Assembly: GCA_965112735.1 (NCBI GenBank)
Contig: OZ218950.1
Span: 6,386,001 to 6,450,000 of the forward strand
DNA length: 64,000 nucleotides
Direction: 5' to 3'
Source: Phaeosaccion multiseriatum
Taxonomy: Eukaryota; Protista; Ochrophyta, other classes
Under the pieces are notes generated by a model that ran no database searches, had not been told where the DNA came from, and worked only from the letters and a program-made list of their open reading frames with translations. This document shows positions 36,157 to 45,331 of the stretch, piece by piece (position 1 is the stretch's first letter; the number at the start of each line of letters is the position of its first letter). The position numbers and the translations under genes were made by a program.

Positions 36157-38097
36157 ATGAGGGCGGAGACAGGCGATGCTACGCCTGGGGCAGGGACAGC
36201 GGCTCTGAGGACTGTGGCCAGCCTCATCTCCGACAAAGCTCTGTGGGGGGTGTGCAAGGAGGTCGATGAGGTCACCACCCGCACTCTGAGGATCAACGCC
36301 GAAATGCCCGAGCGTGTCCAGCAGCGCATGCTGAGTCTGCTGAAGCGGCAGCAGCAAGAGGAGGGGAGAAGCGCTGCTTTGGCTTCGTCTTCCGCGACTA
36401 TGCGTACTGCCTCTGCTGCTCCATCTACTGGCTGTGAGGAAAGATGTCCTGCGGAGGGAGCGCGAAGATCGGGGAGGATTCGGGCGAGGCAGGAAGCGCA
36501 GCAGCAGCAGGAGCGACGTGGAAAGAGGCAGCGCGACGAGGCTGGACCTCCTGGTGAGGGGGGCTTCTTTCGCGTGGTGTCTGTGGAGCTTGGCCTCAGC
36601 ACGTACCTACATTCTGAGTACGATGCCAAGGTTTGTGCTGATGAGGCTCTCGTAGGGAAGGCACTCGCGCTGCTGCCAGCATCGGTCAGGCTTGTGCGCT
36701 TCTCTGAGTCTTTCAATCAGGCCGACGTATGTCTTCCTGGCACAGTTGTGGAAGTGGAATTCGGGTGGCACTTTAACAAACACATCGATCTCCCTGCCTC
36801 TCTGACGAAGATCAAGTTTTGTCCGCTCTCGGATTTCAATCAGCAGTTGGTCCTTCCTTGTGGTGTGGAGGAGGTGCAGATGGGGCGTCACTTTAACCTC
36901 CCTCTGGACCTGCCTGCCTCTCTGAAGAGGATCAAATTTCATGAGCGATCTCACTTCAATCAGCAGTTGGTCCTTCCTTGTGGTGTGGAGGAGGTGGAGA
37001 TGGGGTATGACTTTAACCTCCCCCTGGAGCTACCTGCCTCTGTGAAGAAGATCAAATTCGGCTATCACTTCAATCAGCACGTGGTCCTTCCTTGTGGTGT
37101 GGAGGAGGTGCAGATGGGGGGTGACTTTAACCTCCCTCTGGACCTGCCTGCCTCTCTGAAGAGGATCAAATTTCATGAGCGATCTCACTTCAATCAGCAG
37201 TTGGTCCTTCCTTGTGGTGTGGAGGAGGTGGAGATGGGGTGTGCCTTTAACCTCCCCCTGGAGCTACCTGCCTCTGTGAAGAAGATCAAATTCGGCTATC
37301 ACTTCAATCAGCACGTGGTCCTTCCTTGTGGTGTAGAGGAGGTGGAGATGGGGTGTGCCTTTAACCTCCCCCTGGAGCTACCTGCCTCTGTGAAGAAGAT
37401 CAAATTCGCCTATCGCTTCAATCAGCACGTGGTCCTTCCTTGTGGTGTGGAGGAGGTGGAGATGGGGTGTGACTTTAACCTCCCTGTGGAGCTGCCTGCC
37501 TCGCTGAAGAAGGTCAGCTTTGGCTGGAAGTTTAATCAGCACGTGGTCCTTCCTTGTGGTGTGGAGGAGGTGCAGATGGGGGGTGACTTTAACCTGCCTC
37601 TGGAGCTACCTGCCTCTGTGAAGAAGATCAAATTCGCCTATCGCTTCAATCAGCACGTGGTCCTTCCTTGTGGTGTGGAGGAGGTGGATATGGAGGGTGA
37701 CTTTAACCTCCCTGTGGAGCTGCCTGCCTCCCTGAAGAAGGTCAGCTTTGGCTGGAAGTTCAATCAGCACGTGGTCCTTCCTTGTGGTGTGGAGGAGGTG
37801 GAGATGGGGGATGACTTGAACCTCCCTCTGGAGCTGCCTGCCTCTCTGAAGAAGATCATATTTGGCTATGACTTCAATCAGCAGTTGGTCCTTCCTTGTG
37901 GTGTGGAGGAGGTGGAGATGGGGAGTAACTTTTTTCACCCTCTTGAGCTGCCTGCTTCTCTGCGGACTCTGAAACTGGGATGGAATTACACCTGCCCTTT
38001 GGAGAGCCTGCCTGCTGGACTGAGGAAGCTTTGGGCTAGGATCGACTACCCGCTGCCCGCGGATCTACCCGAGGGGCTGAAGGTGTTTCGCTTGTAA
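36157..38097 (+). CDS. FNIP-repeat protein 5, 646 aa, 10 double repeats
   Basis: Same architecture; conserved ATG at 36157. Confidence 0.92.
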   Translation: MRAETGDATPGAGTAALRTVASLISDKALWGVCKEVDEVTTRTLRINAEMPERVQQRMLSLLKRQQQEEGRSAALASSSATMRTASAAPSTGCEERCPAEGARRSGRIRARQEAQQQQERRGKRQRDEAGPPGEGGFFRVVSVELGLSTYLHSEYDAKVCADEALVGKALALLPASVRLVRFSESFNQADVCLPGTVVEVEFGWHFNKHIDLPASLTKIKFCPLSDFNQQLVLPCGVEEVQMGRHFNLPLDLPASLKRIKFHERSHFNQQLVLPCGVEEVEMGYDFNLPLELPASVKKIKFGYHFNQHVVLPCGVEEVQMGGDFNLPLDLPASLKRIKFHERSHFNQQLVLPCGVEEVEMGCAFNLPLELPASVKKIKFGYHFNQHVVLPCGVEEVEMGCAFNLPLELPASVKKIKFAYRFNQHVVLPCGVEEVEMGCDFNLPVELPASLKKVSFGWKFNQHVVLPCGVEEVQMGGDFNLPLELPASVKKIKFAYRFNQHVVLPCGVEEVDMEGDFNLPVELPASLKKVSFGWKFNQHVVLPCGVEEVEMGDDLNLPLELPASLKKIIFGYDFNQQLVLPCGVEEVEMGSNFFHPLELPASLRTLKLGWNYTCPLESLPAGLRKLWARIDYPLPADLPEGLKVFRL

Positions 38098-39077
38098 GGG
38101 ATGACGTGCCTCAACTGATTTGGAGAGGCACACGAGGCCGAGAATGAAGGGTCAGGGGAGAGACTGGGCAGGAGAGAAGTCGACGCTGTATGGAGGTGTA
38201 TTCACAAAAGAGCAGCAGCAGGGAGGAAGGAGCTGTACCGTAACTGTGAGGCGCCAAGGTGGGTCAGGATCAGGGTCAGAGGGTCTGGGGGTCATGGCAT
38301 GGTTGAGAGTTAGGGCCGCCCTCATTCTCTCTCGACCTTGGTAAGACCCCCCGGGGAGGTAAGGAGAGAGAAAGAGCGCCCCCTACTTGCAACCCCTCGG
38401 CGGTGTGGCCGGAGGCAGCGGCGGTGGCCGCAGAGGGAGGAGGAGGAGGACCAGTATGAGGAGGAGAAGGAGGAGGAGGAGGAGGAGGGGCAGGAGAGGA
38501 GCATGATGAGTGGAGGGCAGAACTTCTACCCCCTTCAGTGGAGGGGGAGAAGTAGGAGAAGGAACCCCAGCGCCAGCAGCACCGGCGACCCTCCCGACGC
38601 GCAGCCCCAGCCTCATCCTCAGCGGCGGCACTGCTTGGGCAAGGGCGGGACTCGCGGCCTCGATGCCCGATACCCGAGACGCAAGTGCCGAGCGATAGAG
38701 TGGAGCGTCAAGGAGGAGAGCGGCGCATCAGTCGCAGGGGACAGGGAAGCTCAGCAACAGCGGAGACGTACAAGTACTCACAGTAGGGAGAGGCCGACGT
38801 ATAGACTCTCTCATTCAATCAAAGATCCTCCTCAGTCGCGTTTTACCCGCTTGCAGGGAAGTCCTCTCAGCACGCACAGAGCTTCCACCCATGTGTGACT
38901 GGTTTCTACCCGAGGACCCCGCCTGGGCAGAAGGAGGAGCAGCCTGTAGCAGCAGCCTATAGCAGCAGCAGGGGAGCGAGAGACACGGGAGAGAAGAGAG
39001 TGGTCACAGCTACAGAGGCCCGAGGCCGAGGACAGGAGAAGGAGCATCGCCGGGAAGCAAGGTCGAGTGGGAAGGAA

Positions 39078-39180
39078 ATGAGGGGGAAGACGAGCGCAGG
39101 AACAGCGGCTCTAAGAACGGTTGCCAGCCTCATCTCTCATCTTTACCAAGCAAAGCTCTCCTGTGGAGGTTGTGCAGAGA
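39078..39180 (+). pseudogene. Degenerate FNIP N-terminal relic (6th copy)
   Basis: MRGKTSAGTAALRTVASLIS preceded by a diverged leader (38700-39077); no repeats follow. Confidence 0.75.
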
Positions 39181-39446
39181 GGCCGATGGCAGCGGGGGAG
39201 CAGCAGGAGGGGGAGAGGCTCTACGACAGGCTCTGGGTGTGTCCGAGCGAGCGATGGCAGTTGTGCCTGGGTGGTGAGAGCGGAGGTCGTGGGGATAGGT
39301 GGGAAGGGAAAGGTGGAGTAAGCCAATGCCGCCGCCACCCCCGGGTTGACACACAGCCAGCCACACACAAAAATAGACACAGCCAGACACACACGCACGC
39401 ACACACACACACGCACATACGCGCACACACACACGCACACACACAC

Positions 39447-39568
39447 TCGACCCCTGACGTGCTACCTGCCACCGCCGGCGTGATACCTCCGGCCAGTAGC
39501 ATGTTACCGGGAGGGCCCGGAAGCATATGCTACCGAGAACCGTGCGTCGGTAGCACGTCAGGGGTCGA
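39447..39568. mobile_element. 122-bp MITE, 20-bp perfect TIR TCGACCCCTGACGTGCTACC
   Basis: TIRs at 39447-39466 and 39549-39568; homologous to 43199-43633; no clear TSD (inserted in a CA tract). Confidence 0.8.
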
Positions 39569-40557
39569 TCCAACACACACACACACACACTCCAGGCTTA
39601 TTTTCCCCCCCTCTTGATGGAGAGGTGACTGGAAAAAAGGAAGGAGAAGGGGAGGACGATGAAACGGCTGGGCATTCCATGTTGATTTATGCCATCCGTG
39701 CCCATTCAACGTCCAGTTTGTGGTCTCGAAGGCCCCGAAATAGAAATTTTATCAAATTCCGAGCCCGAAACCACGACTCTGGGCTGGTGTGGCACGAGGC
39801 CTCCTCCATCACATCGCGTAGCATCGTAGTATGGGTGCAGTTGCGCCTGTGCCACTTTTGTGGCTCTTGTAACGCGCGGCCTCGGTAGAGCCGCGGGGGA
39901 AGTGGGGGAGGGAGCCTCCGCAGGAGGTCTCCCTTCTTTGTCGCGGGCGTAATCCCCCCCGCATCACGCGGCGGTCTTTCGCGCCCCAAGAGGCACCACA
40001 TCCCTGGTCACCATAGCATCACTTTCGACAGGGACAGGTGGGCGAGCTGGGGCAGGCCGCCGCGTGAGGCGTCAAGGAGGAGTAGTAGAAGGAGGTTGGA
40101 GTGGAGAGAGGCTCTGACTCTGGAGAGGAAGGAGAGGGTTCAAATTGCGCGGAGGGGCTTCTGAACAGCACAAAGTTGCTCTGCGCTCTTTAACGTGCTG
40201 CTGCTCCGACGTGAGCCCAACGTAACGCTCCAGCAAGAGCAGTAGATAGCGAGTGCTTCATTTGAGGAGCGGAGGGGGTGGGAGTGTGGTGGCGGTAGCA
40301 GGGAAGTAGCATCTCTGGAAACTCTCTGCTGCGGAGAGGCACCCCCTCTCACAAGTCCTTTTAGGGTGTCCGGCAACGAGAGGGGGGGGCTGTCCGCCTC
40401 GTGCGGCGTCCAGCAGCAGCAGCAGGAGGAGGGGGAGGAGGCTGAAGTGAAGTGGAGTGAGGCCCTTGCTCCTGGAGACAGCGACGGGAGACTTTCAAAT
40501 CTCGTGAACAGCAACTAGCCAACCGAAGGTGTCCGCAGGTGCACGAGGGGCCGGTAA

Positions 40558-42922
40558 ATGGGGGGCAAGTGCAAAGACCCGTCCGGCTGCGACAAGTGGG
40601 CAAAATGGGGCGGCTTATGCGCGGCGGTGAGTGAATGAGTGAGTGTGTGCGTGCTGGGGGGGGGGGGGAAGGGTGTGGCTTAGCTCTCTCTTACCTCCAT
40701 GTTCCGCCTTCTCGACACTCGACAATTCCCCCACACAGCACGGAGGCATTAAGAAGGTCAAGATGTGTCACATGGCTGGCTGCGAGCGGGAGAGCGTCAA
40801 GGGCGGGGGTTGTGCAGAGCACGGCGTCTCCACGCAGCGCTGTAGCAGGGAAGGGTGCGAGAAGAACGTGGTGCAGGGCGGGCTGTGCATCAAGCACGGG
40901 GCGGTGGTCAAGAAGTGCAGTAAGGAGGGCTGTGAGAAGCACGCTGTGCGAGGGGGGCTCTGCATCGGCCACGGGGCCGTGCTCAAACGCTGCAAGATTG
41001 AAGGCTGCCAGAAGAAGTCCATACAGGCGGGGCTCTGCATCGGGCACGGCGCGGTGATGAAGCGCAAGAGCTGCAGCGCGGAGGGGTGTGGGAGGCAGGT
41101 AGTACAGGGAGGCAGGTGTCTCCAACACGGCGCCGTGATGCGACGCAAGCGCTGTCGCAAGGAGGGCTGTGAGAAGCACATTATCCAGGGGGGACTCTGT
41201 GTAGAGCATGGTGCAATCGTCAAGAAGTGTTCTCACCCGAGCGGGTGTAAGAGTAATGCCAAGCGAGGCGGGCTGTGTGTGGAGCACGGTGCCGTCCTCA
41301 AGACAAAGCGGTGCAGCAGACCTGGCTGCGACAAGTACGCCAAGCAGAAGGGCCTCTGCTACGGCCACGGGGACGTCAACAAGCGCTGCTCCCAGAAGGG
41401 CTGCCCCAAGCTGGCCCGAAAGGACGGGGCGTGTCTTGAACACGCAGGGGTTATGGCGACGGAGGTCGGGGGCAGGCACTCTCCTCCTCCCCCTCGTCCT
41501 AATCCTCCAGCACTACAGACACTCCCCACCAGCTCGCAAACATCGGCAGCAGCAGCAGCGGCTGAGAGGGCAGCATCGGCGGCGGCGGTAGCAGCGGTTA
41601 GGGCAGCAGCAGCAGGGGGAGTGGTAGCCCTGCCGGGGTTTTCCCCTGAGATGGCGCCGCAATACCCCCACCAAGGGCACCACCCGGGCCAGCCGTTCTC
41701 GATTGTTCTTCCTCGGTATGGATGGAGCACCGCAGGCGGCAGCAGCAGCAGCAGCAGCAGCAGCAACGACAACAACAACGCTGCCTGGGGCAGCGGCAAC
41801 GGCAGCAGCAGCGGCAGCAGCGGCAGCAGCGGCAGCTTCAACACGAGCGACGAAGGGCTCATGGGGTCCAGCCATGGACCCAACGAGGACCCCTACCGCA
41901 ACCCCTCCCACAGCACCACCTCCGCCACCGACCCCCGCTACCCCGCTGACGGTCCGTATGCTTCGCTTAAGCGACGGATGGGGGCCGATGGCAGCGGCAT
42001 CAGTGGTGGTGTTCCGAGTCACAAGCGAGCGCGAGATATGCATTACCCTTCGCAGCCCCCCCCCGTCACGAGCACTGGACTGAGTGGTATTGGCGAGCCG
42101 CACAGCCACAGCCAGATGGGCGCTGGGCCGCACCAGCAATACCACCAGCTCTACCGGCACCCGCATCAGCACGGCCGGGTGGACATGGCGACGACAATCA
42201 ACCCCTTCCCTCGTTCTCACGAGCCCCACCACGCCATGCTGCCGGAAGGGGTGCTGCAGGGAGTACACCCGGCCTCCCCCCTCGCCTACGAGAATGCTCC
42301 TATGGTGCCAATGTCGATGGGCGGCAGCAGCAGTAGTGGTAGCAGCTGCTTCGCCCCACCGAGCGGCGGCTCAGGCGCAGGCACCAGCGTAGGGATGGGC
42401 GGCGTCTATAGCGACAGTAGCAACTGGCGCTGGATGGGAGGCAACAGCCCCCATAGTTCCACTCCCGACAACAACAGCAACAACGCAAACGACAATGACG
42501 GATACGTCTTCACCAGGCCCCGTCTTCCCACCGCCCCAGGCACGGGCATAGGCACTGGTGATGGTAGCAGGCCTGGCGGGAGTGGCCCAGGCTCCATGAC
42601 AAGCCCCCCTGCCCCCTCCATGCACCCTGCAGCAGAGAGTCTCGCCTCGGAGCCTCAGAGCACTCCTCGAGCCGCAGCCGCCGCCGCGTCGCTCGTGCGC
42701 ATGTCTTTCTCTACCTTTGGAAGCGAAGAGTCGCATGCTGACCTCGGAGAAATGCTGTCGCGCGCAGGCCCACCGCCCCCCACTGCTCACAGTCACGGTC
42801 AGGTCAGGCGCCATCTGCCGCCGCCGTCGCTGCCGCCCCGTATGGGGGGTTCATCCGGTGGCAGGGGTGGTGGTTCTAGGAGCGCCTCGACGGGAAGGCC
42901 CGGAAGAGCGGCAGCCGTCTGA
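40558..42922 (+). CDS. WRKY19-like CCCH zinc-finger repeat protein (10 Cx4-5Cx9CxxH fingers) with a long disordered C-terminus; exons 40558-40626, 40739-42922
   Basis: MGGKCKDPSGCDKWAKWGGLCAA|HGG; the intron join completes finger 1; repeats such as CSREGCEKNVVQGGLCIKHG. Confidence 0.88.
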
Positions 42923-43198
42923 GCAGGAGCTGCACGAGGAAGAGGATCCGCAACACAGCGGCAACGACTGAGAAGTGGTACTTGGAGCAGCAGCAGCACC
43001 ACCAGCAGCAGCAGGAGCAGCAGCAGCAGCAGCAGCAGGAGGAGGAGGAGGAGCCTGGAGTAGGTGAGGAGAACGGAGCATGGCGAGAGTCTCGGACAGC
43101 ACTCGGGCTGTGTGTGGGCATTTGGGTGGCGTAGGTACGCGGGTGTGCCTTGATGAACACAGAACAGAGGGAGGTGGGAGAACAGAGGAAGCACAAGG

Positions 43199-43633
43199 TC
43201 GACCCCTGACGTGCTATCGACGCATTCTCGGTAGCACATGCTACCGGGCGGCGGCCAGTAGCATGTTACGGGGCCACTGGTTTGGTGGAGCTCATGCTTG
43301 TTAGGTCAATCGCTCCCTCCTTATCCTTTCCAGCCGCTGGAGCTCCTCCTCCTTCTGTTGGAGGGCCTCCAATCGCCCCCCCCTTATCCTTTCCAGCCGC
43401 TGGAGCTCCTCCTCCTCCTCCTCCTCCTCCTGTTGGACACTCTGGAACAGGAGGAGGAGCAGCTCCAGCGGCGGGAAAGCATAAGGAGGGAGCGATTGAC
43501 CTAACAAGCATGAGCTCCGACGACGGGGATGTGCGGCCCCGTTAACATGCTACTGGCCACCGGCCGGTAGCAGGTAGCACGCCGGCGTCGCGTTGTACTG
43601 GTAGCAGGCAGCAGGCAGCACACCAGGGGTCGA
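43199..43633. mobile_element. 435-bp foldback MITE, TIR TCGACCCCTG.., 6-bp direct repeat ACAAGG on both sides
   Basis: ACAAGG|TCGACCCCTG...CAGGGGTCGA|ACAAGG with nested internal inverted repeats. Confidence 0.82.
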
Positions 43634-44106
43634 ACAAGGCCCGGGGCTGTGCCTCTAGAAAAAAAGAACACAGGGAGGGGGATCGCATCCGCCGGGAGGA
43701 TGACGAATAGAAGGGACGTAGAAGCGGGGGGCGGTGAGCAGAGGCAACATAGCGGGAGGGGAAGAACTAAGTTCTTGTGTGAATATTGGTTGACGAGTTG
43801 AAGGTGTACACTGAGGGCAGTAAGCCGCCCTCACACATCAAAGTAGTAACTACAACCGAGAGAATGGAAAGGAAAATACAACTCTCGCAATACCATATAT
43901 ATATATATAATATGTCGTATTAAATTAAAATTCAATTCAGCGGTCATCGATTTCTATATTCAATTCAGCGGTCATCGAAACAGAGGCGAGCGAGCGAACG
44001 CCCCTGCTCTTTGCGTGGAAGGAAGACTGCTCAAATGAGCGCCTGCCTCTTCCCAAGCCCATCTCTTTTCCGCCTATTTACACACACAAGACGTGCTCAG
44101 CGCCGC

Positions 44107-44573
44107 TTACTTGTTGGCCGGGGCTGCCAAGGAAGCTGTAAACAATTGGAAGCGCTTGTAATATTCACTGGGAAAGAGAGAGTGAAACCCCCCCATACAC
44201 CCCCAGATAGACAAGCGACACACGCACCCACAACAAAGGGTTGCAGGAGAAGGGGCAAAGAAGACGGCGGCAAACGCATTTTTGAGAGGGATGAAACGAT
44301 TCACGCGAAAAAAAACATTTATTGGGTCCAGCGGGTACCCAAAGGCGTGGAGGGGGGAGGGGGAGGGATGGGAAGGGGGGCAGGACGGGAAGAGAGAATG
44401 AGAATAACAAGGAGCGGGGAAGGGGGGGGTGGGAAGTAGCAGCAAGTACTACAGAGTGAAGAAGGAACTGCCCTCTGTAGAGTGAAGAGCGAACTGCCCT
44501 CTGGACTTGGGCCTGGTAATGGGGGCCGTCAATGCCCAATGGGGGGCAGAGGGCACCATTGGCCACTCGAGAG

Positions 44574-44637
<64 letters not shown>

Positions 44638-45238
44638 CAAACTAAGGACAGACTTTTCTTTCCCTCCCCCAAGACTGGTAGATCGGTAAGCACGTCTCGT
44701 CGACGTCCACCTCGATCTCTACCTCTACACCCGCCCATGCTAGAGTTTGCTCACCTTGTGTTGGCGTCTCCATCCACTATGTCGTTGTGTCCTCTGCGCA
44801 CGTCGGTGGGACAAGCCGTTACGGGGGGGACGGGGATCTCGGCGTTAGATGGGGAGGCCACTCTTGAAGGAGATAGAGGAAACACGTCAGCACACACACA
44901 CACTCACACACACACGCACGCACGCACGCACGCACCCACACGTGCCCACACACGCACACGTACCTATCATTGCACCACCATGGCTCGCGTTGGTACTTGT
45001 TCGGTACTGCGTCATGCAGCTTCTTGCCGTGTGCCCACAGAACCTCCTCGTCCTCCTTGCCGTGAATGATCCACACCGGACACTTGACGTGCCCAATGCG
45101 ATCAATATTTGGGTAAATGTCCAAACATGACAGCGCTCTGACCACACACACCAAAAGGCCAAGGGAGGGAGAAGGCACAGCCGGAGGGAAAAGCGAGAAC
45201 ACAGAGAGAGGGAGAGAGAGAGAGCGAGAGAGAGAGAG

Positions 45239-45331
<93 letters not shown>

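Larger units (their letters stand above)
29411..39180 (+). repeat. FNIP cluster B: [TPR]-FNIP4-[TPR]-[MITE+LINE]-FNIP5-[partial unit, FNIP relic]
   Basis: Colinear with about 10025-17600 at an offset of about 19.4-20 kb. Confidence 0.9.

Noticed and set aside
7476-37938. Long antisense ORFs (LLQRGRQLQREVK.. repeats) opposite the FNIP genes
   Set aside because: Shadows of the repetitive sense codons; broken at arbitrary points by single silent changes (e.g. TTA).
7428-38097. Classical DGR or TALE assignment
   Set aside because: No reverse transcriptase or template repeat in the window and scaffold adenines are invariant. Repeats are LRR-like 19-21-mers, not 34-aa helical TALE units, so the di-residue resemblance is only an analogy.
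39687-40514. Short non-repetitive ORFs upstream of the Zn-finger gene
   Set aside because: No recognisable motif or convincing splice structure; cannot be supported without a search.
39447-43633. piggyBac-like reading (TCGA as 4-bp TSD, CCCCTG termini)
   Set aside because: Not excluded, but the ACAAGG 6-bp repeat at 43199 and the proven 6-bp TSD of the other TCG-ended MITE favour TCGA being part of the TIR.
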